From IMG/VR virus record IMGVR_UViG_3300017917_002228, positions 32,001-96,000 of that record: DNA of 64,000 bases; one strand, given 5' to 3'. The translations under genes were made by a program, and so were the position numbers. The notes beneath the pieces are model-generated. The model was not told where the DNA came from. It was given only the letters and a program-made list of their open reading frames with translations, and did not search any database. This DNA comes from a virus. How positions within the stretch are numbered: the first letter of the stretch is position 1; the number at the start of each line of letters is the position of its first letter. Of the stretch, positions 24,465 to 34,720 are shown piece after piece.

Positions 24465-26980
24465 AGTTTTATACTAACGTCACACTTAAAGGAAATAATA
24501 TTCTGCTACGCGGCTATGAGAATGGCCAGCGAGTGCAGCATACCATTCCTTACAGACCTTATCTCTTTATTCATTCTAAGAGCGGCGATTCAGTTTACCG
24601 TAACCTTAAAGGTAAAGGTGTTGATCGTATGGATTTTGACTCACCATCTGATGCTCGTGATTTTGTAAAACGTCATGGTGGAGTAGAAGGTCTTACTATT
24701 TACGGTTTGACTAACTGGGTATATACTTTTATCAACGATTACTATCCTGGTGAAATTGATTATGATCCTTCTCTTATCTCAAAAGTAAATATCGATATCG
24801 AAGTCGCGGCTGATGAAGGCTTTCCTAACATTCAGACCGCCGATAAAGAAATTACTGCTATCACGATGAAGAAGAATGACATGTATGTAGTTCTTGGTTG
24901 TGGTGAGTTTACAACAGACGATCCTAAAGTAAAGTATGTTCGTTGTGCTGATGAAGCAGAACTGCTTATGAAGTTTCTAGATGTATGGAGAAGTAAATGG
25001 CTATCTCCTGATCTAGTAACAGGATGGAACGTAGAGTTCTTCGATATTCCTTACATCGTGAACCGCATTACTCGTGTGCTTGGTGGTCGGATGGCTAAGA
25101 AACTCTCTCCGTGGGAAATCCTGGAAGAAAGAAAGATCGTCATTGCCGGTCGCGAGAACCAAGTTTATATTCCTGCAGGCATTTCTATTCTAGACTATAT
25201 GCAGATGTATAAGAAGTTTACCTTTACTATGCAGGAGTCTTATCGTCTTGACCATATTGCCAACATCGAGCTCGGTGAACGTAAACTCGATTACTCAGAA
25301 TACGATAACCTGTTTGACCTCTATAAGAAAAACTATCAGCTATTCATCGAGTATAACATCAAGGACGTTGACCTCGTAGACCGTCTAGACGAAAAGCTAA
25401 AACTAATCGAACAAGTATTTGCTATCGCATATGATGGTAAAGTCAACTATCAAGATACCTTTACATCGGTGCGTATGTGGGATGTTATTATTCATAACTA
25501 TCTTCTTAACCAACGTATTGTTGTTCCTCAATTTAACGGCAATATTAAAGATAGACAGATCATTGGTGCATATGTTAAGGATCCTCAGGTCGGTATACAT
25601 AAGTGGGTCGTATCTTTTGACTTGAATTCTCTCTATCCTCATCTCATTATGCAGTATAATATCTCACCAGAGACTTATACCGGTCACGTATCTGCAATTA
25701 ATGGTGATGATGGTGTAGAGAAGATCTTGAATGGTTATCTAAACGAACCATCTATTCGTAATCAGCTTGTATCACAGAACGTAACTGTAGCTGCTAGCGG
25801 ATGTATGTTTGATAAAGACTATCAAGGCTTCCTTCCTAAGCTTATGCAGCGTATGTATGATGACCGTGTTGTCTATAAACAACGCATGCTTGAAGCAAAG
25901 CAGGCTCAAGAAGATAATCCTTCTGAGGAAAATATTAAAGCAATTGCACGTAACCATAACATGCAGCTTGCTAAGAAGATTCAGCTTAACTCAGCATATG
26001 GTGCATTGTCTAACCAATACTTTCGCTGGTTTGATAATAAACTTGCCGAGTCGATTACTCTTTCCGGTCAGCTTTCCATTAAGTGGATGGAGCGTGAGAT
26101 GAATAAATATCTCAATAAGCTGCTTAAAACGGAAGGTGTAGATTATGTCCTGGCATGCGATACGGATTCTATGTACATTACGCTTGACGCTCTGGTCAAT
26201 CAACTCCCTAACAAGAGCCTTGAAACTTCAGAGATCGTCAAAATCGTTGACAAATTCTGCGTTAATAAGCTTGAACCGTATATTGATGCGTGTTACGGAC
26301 AGCTTAGCGAATATGTTAACGCCTACGACCAAAAAATGAAGATGAAGCGAGAAGCAATCGCTGATAAAGGTATTTGGACTGCCAAGAAAAGATATATACT
26401 CAACGTATGGAACAATGAAGGAGTTTCATACAACGAACCTAAGCTAAAGATGATGGGCATCGAAGCTGTTCGTTCCTCCACTCCAGCATCCTGTCGCGAT
26501 AACATTAAAAAGTGTATTAATGTGATCATGAATAAAGACGAAGATGCAACAATAGAGTTTATTGAAAACTTTAGAAAAGAATTCTCTAAACTTCCTTTCG
26601 AGGAGGTAGCGTTTCCTCGTGGCTGTAAGAGCTTAATGGAATATGCTGATCGTGATAACATTTATAGAAAAGCTACTCCTATTCATGTAAGAGGTGCTCT
26701 TCTCTATAACAAACTGCTCAAGGATAAGCAACTAGATAAACGTTTCCCGCTTATTCAAGACGGTGATAAAATTAAGTTCTGTTATCTTCGTCTACCTAAC
26801 CCTATTAGGGAAAATGTTATCGCGTGTCCTAACACGCTACCAAGGCAATTAGGTATTGATCAGTATATTGATTATGAGCTACAATACGATAAAGCTTTCG
26901 TTGAGCCGATCAGAACCATTCTAGATGCTATTGGTTGGCAAGTTGAAAAAACGGCTACATTGGATCAATGGTTCGCATAA
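24461..26980 (+). CDS. gp43: family B DNA polymerase
   Basis: DIEV exo I, GWNVEFFD, SFDLNSLYP, KIQLNSAYG, CDTDS, KKRY. Confidence 0.97.
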   Translation: MKFYTNVTLKGNNILLRGYENGQRVQHTIPYRPYLFIHSKSGDSVYRNLKGKGVDRMDFDSPSDARDFVKRHGGVEGLTIYGLTNWVYTFINDYYPGEIDYDPSLISKVNIDIEVAADEGFPNIQTADKEITAITMKKNDMYVVLGCGEFTTDDPKVKYVRCADEAELLMKFLDVWRSKWLSPDLVTGWNVEFFDIPYIVNRITRVLGGRMAKKLSPWEILEERKIVIAGRENQVYIPAGISILDYMQMYKKFTFTMQESYRLDHIANIELGERKLDYSEYDNLFDLYKKNYQLFIEYNIKDVDLVDRLDEKLKLIEQVFAIAYDGKVNYQDTFTSVRMWDVIIHNYLLNQRIVVPQFNGNIKDRQIIGAYVKDPQVGIHKWVVSFDLNSLYPHLIMQYNISPETYTGHVSAINGDDGVEKILNGYLNEPSIRNQLVSQNVTVAASGCMFDKDYQGFLPKLMQRMYDDRVVYKQRMLEAKQAQEDNPSEENIKAIARNHNMQLAKKIQLNSAYGALSNQYFRWFDNKLAESITLSGQLSIKWMEREMNKYLNKLLKTEGVDYVLACDTDSMYITLDALVNQLPNKSLETSEIVKIVDKFCVNKLEPYIDACYGQLSEYVNAYDQKMKMKREAIADKGIWTAKKRYILNVWNNEGVSYNEPKLKMMGIEAVRSSTPASCRDNIKKCINVIMNKDEDATIEFIENFRKEFSKLPFEEVAFPRGCKSLMEYADRDNIYRKATPIHVRGALLYNKLLKDKQLDKRFPLIQDGDKIKFCYLRLPNPIRENVIACPNTLPRQLGIDQYIDYELQYDKAFVEPIRTILDAIGWQVEKTATLDQWFA

Positions 26981-26994
26981 GGAAAAAAATAGTC

Positions 26995-27288
26995 ATGAGA
27001 GAGCAAGTTAAACCAGAAGTAACTTTTGATTTCGGCTTCTCTGCTGTATCAGAAGATGAACTAAAAGAGTATGAGCGTCAACAGATTGATGAGCTTGCCA
27101 AGCGTTCATCATCAGTAACTCAAGAAGCTCTTGTTTATAAAAATCGTCTAGAGACAATGTATAAGATGATTCTGCCTCTTCTTGTATCTTTGCAAAAAGA
27201 TCCTCAGAAAGAATATATTTTGTGGCCAAACCGTGAAGCTAAAATTAGAGAGTTTAAACAGAAGTTAGATCAATTAGTAAATGATTAA
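26995..27288 (+). CDS. conserved hypothetical protein
   Basis: FDFGFSAVSEDEL...YILWPNR. Confidence 0.75.
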   Translation: MREQVKPEVTFDFGFSAVSEDELKEYERQQIDELAKRSSSVTQEALVYKNRLETMYKMILPLLVSLQKDPQKEYILWPNREAKIREFKQKLDQLVND

Positions 27289-28165
27289 CCTATTAGCTTT
27301 ACTTACCGCGCTCGGTATATCAGCCGTTGCCGCTTACTATTCTATTATTGGACTAACAACCATCTTTGCAGGTGCATTTTATCCTATCCTTATTATGGGT
27401 AGTGCACTTGAGATTGGTAAGCTTGTAACTATTTCCTGGCTGTATAGAAACTGGCATAAGATTTCTTTTGGTGTTAAATCTTATCTCAGTGTATGTGTAT
27501 TCATTCTGATGTTCATTACCTCTATGGGCATCTTTGGGTTTCTATCAAAGTCCCATATTGAACAGACAATGAACATTGCTAATTCACAATCAGGTCAGAT
27601 AGAAGTTATCAATCAGCAAATTGAACTTAACTCTACTAAAGTTGTTGATCTCGATAAGCAGATAGTAAACATTGACGGTGCTATTAGTAAACTGCTCGAG
27701 AAAGGTCAGGCACAGACTTCTCTTCGTGCAGCTGATCAACAAAGAAAGAATAGAGATGCTCTCGTTAAACAAAGAGACCAACTTAATAATACTCTTGCTG
27801 ATTTAAAAACTCAGAAGATCAAACAAGAAATAGAAATTAAAAAACTAGAAGCTGAAGTTGGTCCTCTTAAGTATATCGCAGAACTAATATATGGGAAAGA
27901 TGATGCGAAATCTCATTTTGATAGTGCTGTACGCCTTGTCATTATCATTCTTATTCTGGTATTCGATCCTCTGGCCGTAGTGCTCCTACTTGGTATTAAC
28001 CAAGTTACAACCAGAAAAGAAGAGCAAGTTGAAACATTATATGTAGAGCAACCAGTTATAAAAAGAGGTCGACCTCCTAAAGAAAAAGAAGATGTGCAGT
28101 TGCAAAGTGCAAAGAGAAAGTCTACAATAGAGATTGATAGGGATAGTATCTTCGAAATTAAGTAA
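27281..28165 (+). CDS. membrane protein with coiled coil
   Basis: Three N-terminal TM segments, coiled coil, EAEVGPLKYIA, VFDPLAV. Confidence 0.8.
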   Translation: MINLLALLTALGISAVAAYYSIIGLTTIFAGAFYPILIMGSALEIGKLVTISWLYRNWHKISFGVKSYLSVCVFILMFITSMGIFGFLSKSHIEQTMNIANSQSGQIEVINQQIELNSTKVVDLDKQIVNIDGAISKLLEKGQAQTSLRAADQQRKNRDALVKQRDQLNNTLADLKTQKIKQEIEIKKLEAEVGPLKYIAELIYGKDDAKSHFDSAVRLVIIILILVFDPLAVVLLLGINQVTTRKEEQVETLYVEQPVIKRGRPPKEKEDVQLQSAKRKSTIEIDRDSIFEIK

Positions 28166-28176
28166 AGGGTTATATT

Positions 28177-29223
28177 ATGTCATTGGTGAATCGACTTCTT
28201 AAGAATTCTACAATCAAAGAAGCAGCAGTGCTGTCTGAGTCTAAGATCTACAGCACTAAAGATATGGTTACTACTAACGTTCCAATGGTGAACGTTGCAC
28301 TCTCAGGTCGTGTTGATGGTGGACTGACTCCTGGACTTACAGTCTTGGCTGGTCCATCTAAACACTTTAAGTCGGCCTTTTCTCTCCTTATGGCATCGGC
28401 TTATCTGAAACAGTACCCTGAGAGTGTTCTTCTATTCTACGATTCAGAGTTTGGTACTCCTCAAGGTTACTTTGAGTCGTTCGGTATTGATATGGACCGA
28501 GTTGTTCATACTCCTATTACCGATATCGAACAGCTTAAGTTTGATATTATGAAACAGCTTGGTGAACTTGAACGTTCAGATAAAGTTGTTATCGTAATCG
28601 ACTCTGTTGGTAACTTGGCTTCTAAGAAAGAAGTCGAGGATGCCGAAAACCAGAAGTCAGTTGCTGACATGAGCCGTGCAAAGAGTCTTAAGTCACTCTT
28701 CCGTATGGTTACACCTCATCTCACTCTCAAAGATATTCCGCTCATTGTTGTTAATCACACTTATATGGAAATCGGGATGTTCCCGAAGGCTATTGTAGGT
28801 GGTGGTACGGGCATTTATTATTCTGCAGATACGATCTGGATTCTAGGACGTCAGCAGGATAAGGATGGTGGTGAGATCGCTGGTTACCACTTTATTATTA
28901 ACGTGGAGAAGAGTCGTTTTGTCAAAGAGAAAGCAAAGATTCCTATTACAGTTTCTTACGAAGGTGGAATTAATCGATGGAGTGGTTTGCTTGATATTGC
29001 TCTCGACGGCGGTTATATTGCTAAGCCTTCCAACGGATGGTATCAAGTCGTCGACAAAGCAACAGGTGAACTTGTTGGAAGCAAGATGCGGGCTGCTGAC
29101 GTCGAAAATAACGGGCCCTTCTGGAAAAAGCTTTTGACAGAAACTGATCTTGCAGACTTTATCAAGAACAAGTATTCTCTAGTAAGTGGTGGTTCTTTGG
29201 TAAGTGAAGATGAGGATGATTGA
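28177..29223 (+). CDS. uvsX: RecA-like recombinase UvsX
   Basis: AGPSKHFKS, YDSEFG, VADMSRAK, GGTG. Confidence 0.96.
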   Translation: MSLVNRLLKNSTIKEAAVLSESKIYSTKDMVTTNVPMVNVALSGRVDGGLTPGLTVLAGPSKHFKSAFSLLMASAYLKQYPESVLLFYDSEFGTPQGYFESFGIDMDRVVHTPITDIEQLKFDIMKQLGELERSDKVVIVIDSVGNLASKKEVEDAENQKSVADMSRAKSLKSLFRMVTPHLTLKDIPLIVVNHTYMEIGMFPKAIVGGGTGIYYSADTIWILGRQQDKDGGEIAGYHFIINVEKSRFVKEKAKIPITVSYEGGINRWSGLLDIALDGGYIAKPSNGWYQVVDKATGELVGSKMRAADVENNGPFWKKLLTETDLADFIKNKYSLVSGGSLVSEDEDD

Positions 29224-30266
29224 TGACTAAACGTGTCTTAATTACTGGCGGTGCAGGATTTATTGGACATCACATCATAGATTTGTTGTTACAAAAAACT
29301 GATTGGGAAATTGTTTCTTTAGATCGTTTAGATTATTCTGGTAATTTAAATAGACTTGATGATGTTGTAAGAAAATATCCAGCTGATCAGCGTAAACGAT
29401 TAAAAATTGTATGGCATGATCTAAAAGCTGAAATTCAAAATCTTACAGCAAACATGATCGGCGATATTAATATAATTCTTCATGTTGCAGCTGCATCACA
29501 TGTTGATCGTTCGATATCTTATCCTATGGAATTTTTAATGGATAACACAGTCGGGACAGTCAATACTCTTAATTTTGCACGCAGATTTAAAAATCTTGAG
29601 CGTTTTGTTTACTTCTCAACAGATGAAGTTTTTGGTATTGCTCCTAATGATGTTGCTTATCGCGAACGTGACCGATATAATTCAACAAATCCATATTCAG
29701 CTTCGAAAGCTGCTGCTGAGGAGTTTTGTGTTGCATATGAAAATACATACAAATTACCAATATTTATTACACATACAATGAATGTTTTTGGTGAACGTCA
29801 ACACTCAGAAAAATTTATTCCTATGTCTATTCGTAAGATCAGGAATGGTGAAACAATACAAATTCATTCAGACCCAACAAAAACAATTCCTGGATCACGT
29901 TTTTATATTCACGCAAAAGATGTTGCTGATGCTTTGTATTTTATACTACATCTAAACGAAGAACAGCTTAAAAAGGTTTACGTGCCTGATTATGGTGGTG
30001 CAAAATGTCCAAAGTTTAATATTGTTGGTAAAGAAGAAATTAATAATTTACAAATGGTTCAGTTGATCGCAAGCGCACAAAACAAAACAGCAAAATATGA
30101 AATGGTTGACTTTCACAGTTCTCGTCCAGGACATGATCTTCGATATGCATTATCTGGCGATTTTATGCGTGAACTTGGCTGGGAACCAAGACACAGTTTA
30201 AATGATCGTATAAAAGAAGTTGTAGAATGGTCCTTGGCAAATCCTGAGTGGATTGAAATTGCATAA
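29220..30266 (+). CDS. NDP-sugar 4,6-dehydratase (RmlB-like)
   Basis: GGAGFIG, SHVDRS, STDEV, YSASK, RPGHDLRY. Confidence 0.9.
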   Translation: MMTKRVLITGGAGFIGHHIIDLLLQKTDWEIVSLDRLDYSGNLNRLDDVVRKYPADQRKRLKIVWHDLKAEIQNLTANMIGDINIILHVAAASHVDRSISYPMEFLMDNTVGTVNTLNFARRFKNLERFVYFSTDEVFGIAPNDVAYRERDRYNSTNPYSASKAAAEEFCVAYENTYKLPIFITHTMNVFGERQHSEKFIPMSIRKIRNGETIQIHSDPTKTIPGSRFYIHAKDVADALYFILHLNEEQLKKVYVPDYGGAKCPKFNIVGKEEINNLQMVQLIASAQNKTAKYEMVDFHSSRPGHDLRYALSGDFMRELGWEPRHSLNDRIKEVVEWSLANPEWIEIA

Positions 30267-30286
30267 CAAGTATAACCAGAGGTGAA

Positions 30287-30496
30287 GTGATGAAAATATG
30301 GCACGTTCTTGAGAACGCAGAAGAAGTAAAAACAATGCTTGATGGCAAGAAGTATGAAATGGGTGGAGTCACTACACACCCTGTTACATTTGCCCCTCAT
30401 GTTTATATCAAAGTAGAAAAATGGCGTGACGAGGAAGGTGGTGAAGTCGTGTTCATTGTTCCATTAGAGCTGGTGCAGCGAGATGTTAGTAACTGA
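30287..30496 (+). CDS. hypothetical protein
   Basis: RBS GAGGTG. Confidence 0.6.
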   Translation: MMKIWHVLENAEEVKTMLDGKKYEMGGVTTHPVTFAPHVYIKVEKWRDEEGGEVVFIVPLELVQRDVSN

Positions 30497-30689
30497 AGTA
30501 ACTCGCAATCGACTGTCTACTCGTCGCTTTCATCGCAACTTGAAGAAGCAGGGCTATCGACCAGTCGACGAGTTTGGCTGCGCTGTCATCTGGGAAATGT
30601 CCAGAGGCTCTATCACGAACCACAAGATCAAAGATGTTGTGATTGACATTGAAGGCAAGAGTCTGTGGGTTAAGACTGGAGTAGAGTGA
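30483..30689 (+). CDS. hypothetical protein
   Basis: Overlapping ORF chain. Confidence 0.55.
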   Translation: MLVTEVTRNRLSTRRFHRNLKKQGYRPVDEFGCAVIWEMSRGSITNHKIKDVVIDIEGKSLWVKTGVE

Positions 30690-30907
30690 TGGGTGATACT
30701 TGGCATATAATAATGGAACGTGATGCTTTATCTTCTATGTTAAAAGATGTTCAAAAAGAGTGTATAGAGTTGCGTCAAGAAAATGAGCTGCTGCGTAATT
30801 GGCTTATCAACATTAAAGGTGATGTTTTACATATCGCTGATAATTGCGATAGGCTTGCTGACGAAATTGAAAAGTTACTTATTGGAAAATTGGAGAATGA
30901 ACAATGA
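30686..30907 (+). CDS. hypothetical coiled-coil protein
   Basis: Overlapping ORF chain. Confidence 0.55.
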   Translation: MMGDTWHIIMERDALSSMLKDVQKECIELRQENELLRNWLINIKGDVLHIADNCDRLADEIEKLLIGKLENEQ

Positions 30908-31194
30908 ATAAGCGTATTAGAGAATTGCTAATTGAGGAAACTTTAAATAACAATCCAATTGAACTTTCAACTTCGTTTTTTCTTATTGAAATTACTGATG
31001 ATAAAGGAACAAAGACTGTTGCACGCATTCCAACAGAGTTCTGTGAGAAGTTCGCTGAGGTAGTTATTCGAGAATGCACCAATAGAATTAGCAAATGGGG
31101 AACGGCTCACATCGATGATAATGGAAAAGTTCATCATGGTGAGATCGGTAAAGATATCGTTGAAGACATTAACAAACACTTTGGGATTGAGTGA
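30904..31194 (+). CDS. hypothetical protein
   Basis: MNKRIREL...EKFAEVVIREC...KHFGIE. Confidence 0.7.
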   Translation: MNKRIRELLIEETLNNNPIELSTSFFLIEITDDKGTKTVARIPTEFCEKFAEVVIRECTNRISKWGTAHIDDNGKVHHGEIGKDIVEDINKHFGIE

Positions 31195-31200
31195 TGCTGA

Positions 31201-32589
31201 ATGATTGAGAAGACAATACTATCTCATCTTATCTTTAATGAACCCTATGCACGTAAGGTTCTACCTTTTTTAAGAGAAGAGTACTTTCAGAATTTATCAG
31301 ACAAGACTGTCTATAAGCTTATTAACGATTATGTTAGTAAGTATAATGGTACTCCTACTCGCGAAGTTCTTCAGCTTGAGTTGAAGAACAAAGAAGGTAT
31401 TTCTGAGACAACATATAAAGAATCAAAAGACATTATTGATAACCTCTCTTCAGAGGAAAGTGACATTAACTGGTTGCTTGACTCTACAGAGAAGTTCTGT
31501 CAAGATAGGGCTATTTACAATGCAATTATGGCTTCGATTAAAATCCTGGATGATAAAAAAGGATCGGAGAGCACAGGAGCTATTCCCGGTCTGCTATCAG
31601 ACGCTCTCGGGGTTAGTTTTGATATTACTATCGGTCATGATTACTTTGATAATGCTGATAGCCGATATGATTTTTATCATCGGAGGGAGGAACATATTCC
31701 CTTTGACTTGGATTATTTCAATAAGATCACAAAAGGCGGTCTTGTTCGGAAAACTCTCAACGTTGCCTTGGCAGGTACGGGCGTTGGTAAATCTCTCTTT
31801 ATGTGTCATTGTGCTTCTTACAATCTTACCCAAGGTAAAAATGTACTTTATATAACTATGGAAATGGCAGAAGAGAAGATTGCAGAACGTATTGACGCAA
31901 ACCTTCTTAACGTAACAGTAGATGAGTTAGCTGTTCTACCTAAGGACGTCTATGATAAGAAAATTAACCGTGTGAAAGAGAAGACTGTTGGTAAGCTTAT
32001 TGTAAAAGAATATCCAACTGCTTCTGCTGGATCAGCTCACTTTAGGCATTTGATCAATGAATTACGAATTAAACGAAACTTTACTCCAGACATTATATAC
32101 ATTGACTATCTTAACATTTGCTGCAGTAGTCGTATTCGGGCTGGTTCTAACGTCAATAGCTATACGTACGTTAAAGCAATCGCGGAGGAACTACGCGGCC
32201 TTGCAGTTGAGTTTAATGTACCCGTTGTTACTGCAACCCAGACAACAAGAAGCGGATACGGAAACTCAGACGTTGAACTCACAGACACATCAGAGTCGTT
32301 CGGATTACCCGCAACAGCCGATTTAATGTTTGCTCTTATCAATAGCGAAGAGTTAGAACAGCTTGGACAGATTATGGTCAAGCAGTTAAAGAACCGCTAT
32401 GCCGATCCTACTCTACATAAACGTTTTGTTGTGGGTGTAGACAGAGCAAAGATGCGTCTGTATAATACAGAACAGGAAGCTCAAGATGACATTATCAACG
32501 ATGTTCCAGTCTTCAGTAAAAGTCAATTTGGCAACTCAGATGAAGAACGAAATGAACGTAAAGGCAAAATTAGGGCTCTCTTGGTGTGA
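31201..32589 (+). CDS. gp41: replicative DnaB-like helicase
   Basis: AGTGVGKS, ITMEM, IDYLN, SESFGLPATAD, KNRY. Confidence 0.96.
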   Translation: MIEKTILSHLIFNEPYARKVLPFLREEYFQNLSDKTVYKLINDYVSKYNGTPTREVLQLELKNKEGISETTYKESKDIIDNLSSEESDINWLLDSTEKFCQDRAIYNAIMASIKILDDKKGSESTGAIPGLLSDALGVSFDITIGHDYFDNADSRYDFYHRREEHIPFDLDYFNKITKGGLVRKTLNVALAGTGVGKSLFMCHCASYNLTQGKNVLYITMEMAEEKIAERIDANLLNVTVDELAVLPKDVYDKKINRVKEKTVGKLIVKEYPTASAGSAHFRHLINELRIKRNFTPDIIYIDYLNICCSSRIRAGSNVNSYTYVKAIAEELRGLAVEFNVPVVTATQTTRSGYGNSDVELTDTSESFGLPATADLMFALINSEELEQLGQIMVKQLKNRYADPTLHKRFVVGVDRAKMRLYNTEQEAQDDIINDVPVFSKSQFGNSDEERNERKGKIRALLV

Positions 32590-32620
32590 TAAGCCAGTAA
32601 AGAAAAAAGAGAAATAAAAA

Positions 32621-32640
32621 AAGGGGGCTTAAGCCCCCTT
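32621..32640. terminator. terminator hairpin between convergent genes
   Basis: AAGGGGGC-TTAA-GCCCCCTT with an A tract on the left (T tail on - strand). Confidence 0.75.
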
Positions 32641-32880
32641 AAACTTTTCCATTTCTTCTTTGTAAATATATTCTTTTTGAATTTTGATATAATATTTTGG
32701 ATATTTTTTATTGAGTATGTTTTGTTCTGTTAGAAGATTTATTAATTTTTGATAGATAGGTTCCTGGTTAGGATCTTCTTTATACATAGTGTGGTTTATT
32801 TGATCTGATAGAGAATTCCATTTTTGGAAATATTGTGAGTAAGTGATGTTGTATTTAGACATTTTGTGCTCCTTTGTCAT
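32629..32880 (-). CDS. hypothetical protein
   Basis: - strand ORF with AAGGAG RBS before an internal ATG and TTGATT-type promoter upstream. Confidence 0.6.
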   Translation of the reverse strand: MTKEHKMSKYNITYSQYFQKWNSLSDQINHTMYKEDPNQEPIYQKLINLLTEQNILNKKYPKYYIKIQKEYIYKEEMEKFKGA

Positions 32881-33037
32881 AGCCTTATAACGTTAGCATA
32901 TCGAAGTAATTAAATCAACAGCTTTGTGCACATATAGAGATAAAGATATCTTTATATTAGATACTGCTAATATACGTGTGTTTTAAGCATATGCTATCAA
33001 TGTAGTGGTATCGCTATTCTGCTAAAGCACTTCTCCG

Positions 33038-33214
33038 CTAACTCATTGATATCATTGAAGATGTGTGAATCGCGAAGAGAAACACATATATCCTAACCTA
33101 TTGAAATCATTGATGTTTTTTCCATGTAGAATCCTATGATATCTATGAGAATCCATGGAAATACTAACATATTGAAATCATTGATGTTTTTATAAACCAT
33201 TGAAATCATTGAAG
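33038..33214 (+). repeat. four direct repeats TAA-N4-TTGA(A/T)ATCATTGA
   Basis: Copies at 33038, 33093, 33164 and 33192 in a non-coding gap between divergent genes. Confidence 0.85.
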
Positions 33215-33295
33215 AAACTTTTTTCAAAAAAACAGTTGCACAAATAACCGATATAGACGAGTATTAGGTATAAGGTCTTAACAAGGAGCACTGCA

Positions 33296-33706
33296 ATGTC
33301 TAATATCTCTAAAGTTATCAGCTTTATCCAAGCTGACCCTAACTTCGATAAAGCGGCTATGACGACCAAAATCGTCAACGAACTCGGAGTTACTAAGTCT
33401 AACGCTCAGGTTTATATCTATAACGCACTTAAGAAGATGAACGGTGCGACTCCTGTTCGCGTTAAGAAAGAGAAAGTTGCTAAGGAGCCTGTAGAAAGTA
33501 AGCGTGCTGCAAAGCGTCGTTTGACTGCAGAGCAGAAGGCTGCTGCTAAGCGCTTCTCTGACTACCATAATCAAAAGCTTACCGAGCAAATGGACGCAGA
33601 ACGTCCTATTATGGAAGCTGAGATCGAAGAATATGTGAATGAGGCTGAGCAGTATCTTCGGGAAAACCTCCCGATCTATGCTCGTAAAGAACTCGGTCTC
33701 GTCTAA
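33296..33706 (+). CDS. hypothetical early protein, possible DNA-binding N-terminus
   Basis: RBS AAGGAG; IVNELGVTKSNAQVYIY. Confidence 0.8.
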   Translation: MSNISKVISFIQADPNFDKAAMTTKIVNELGVTKSNAQVYIYNALKKMNGATPVRVKKEKVAKEPVESKRAAKRRLTAEQKAAAKRFSDYHNQKLTEQMDAERPIMEAEIEEYVNEAEQYLRENLPIYARKELGLV

Positions 33707-33775
33707 GCGACACTCTTCCCTCTGCATCTCAAAAGGGTGCAGAGTATAGAATGCCGTTCAACCTAGAGGTAAACT

Positions 33776-33997
33776 ATGTCTGAACTCAACGCATACGAAC
33801 TCGACATGTTCGAGAGTCTATCTGAAGCTATGTTTAAGCTCGCAGAAGATAAGGAATGGTCTGTAGGGAATCTTGCTGACATCGTAGTCAAGCGCCATTG
33901 CGGTGATGGATACTTTTCCTATGATGGTATCTTGAACGACTTGCAAGAGCTCCTCAAGAATGATGAGCTCGCATCTGAAATCGTAAGCTTTATCTAA
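33776..33997 (+). CDS. acidic hypothetical protein
   Basis: RBS GAGGT. Confidence 0.7.
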   Translation: MSELNAYELDMFESLSEAMFKLAEDKEWSVGNLADIVVKRHCGDGYFSYDGILNDLQELLKNDELASEIVSFI

Positions 33998-34009
33998 GGA
34001 GAACGTAAA

Positions 34010-34318
34010 ATGGCTACAGTGCAACAATTAGTAGAGCTTCTCAAAGAATGGGATGCTCATCAAGATACAATAGACCAAATGGTCTCGTTTATTGACGAAA
34101 ATGGCCCTAACATCTACGCTATCTCTACAGAGTATAATTTGTACGAGATTGATGTAGCGTTAGAAGAGTCGCTAGAGGCTATTCGTGCAGATGCTCTTTC
34201 TGAAGAGAATATGGAATACTATGAGTATGACATCTTCGAAGATTTTGAAAACTCCGAAGAAGAAATGAAGCGTGGTTTTTTATACGGCGAAGGTTATTTC
34301 TTCGTTCGTATAGATTAA
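34010..34318 (+). CDS. highly acidic hypothetical protein
   Basis: RBS AAGGAG; D/E-rich. Confidence 0.75.
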   Translation: MATVQQLVELLKEWDAHQDTIDQMVSFIDENGPNIYAISTEYNLYEIDVALEESLEAIRADALSEENMEYYEYDIFEDFENSEEEMKRGFLYGEGYFFVRID

Positions 34319-34379
34319 CAGTTGCCTATTTTAGCAAACTAGCTATAATAGTACTGCAACGTTCAGATAGGATATACGT

Positions 34380-34604
34380 ATGATAGATGACAGCAAGATA
34401 CTGCATCATGTTAGAGAGCGTTTGTATGACAGACGTCAAGCACTACTCTCTGACATTGATGTGATGGAGCATGAGTGTAAAGAGTGGCTTAACCCTCATG
34501 ACTTTCAGTCAGGTTGGTATACCGGTAATATTAATACTATGAAATCAGAAGTAGAATTTCTCGAGAAGCTTATTAACGATCTAGAGAACGCATACTTCGC
34601 ATAA
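34380..34604 (+). CDS. hypothetical protein
   Basis: Promoter TTGCCT-N16-TATAAT (34322-34349), RBS AGGA. Confidence 0.7.
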   Translation: MIDDSKILHHVRERLYDRRQALLSDIDVMEHECKEWLNPHDFQSGWYTGNINTMKSEVEFLEKLINDLENAYFA

Positions 34605-34609
34605 CTAAT

Positions 34610-34684
34610 GGACCCTTAGCTCAATGGTAGAGCAAGCGGCTTTTAACCGAGAGGTTGCAGGTTCGAGTCCTGCAGGGTTCACCA
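34610..34684 (+). tRNA. tRNA-Lys(TTT)
   Basis: Cloverleaf; anticodon stem AGCGG/CCGAG has two mismatches; ACCA. Confidence 0.85.
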
Positions 34685-34720
34685 GTTGCCTTTATCTGCG
34701 TTTAATGTTAGTATGAGAGT

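Noticed and set aside
24461-32589. Introns or inteins in gp43, uvsX or gp41
   Set aside because: ORFs are continuous and of normal length with no intein motifs
33038-33214. CRISPR mini-array
   Set aside because: Repeats are degenerate, spacing is irregular (55, 71 and 28 bp) and no cas gene is present
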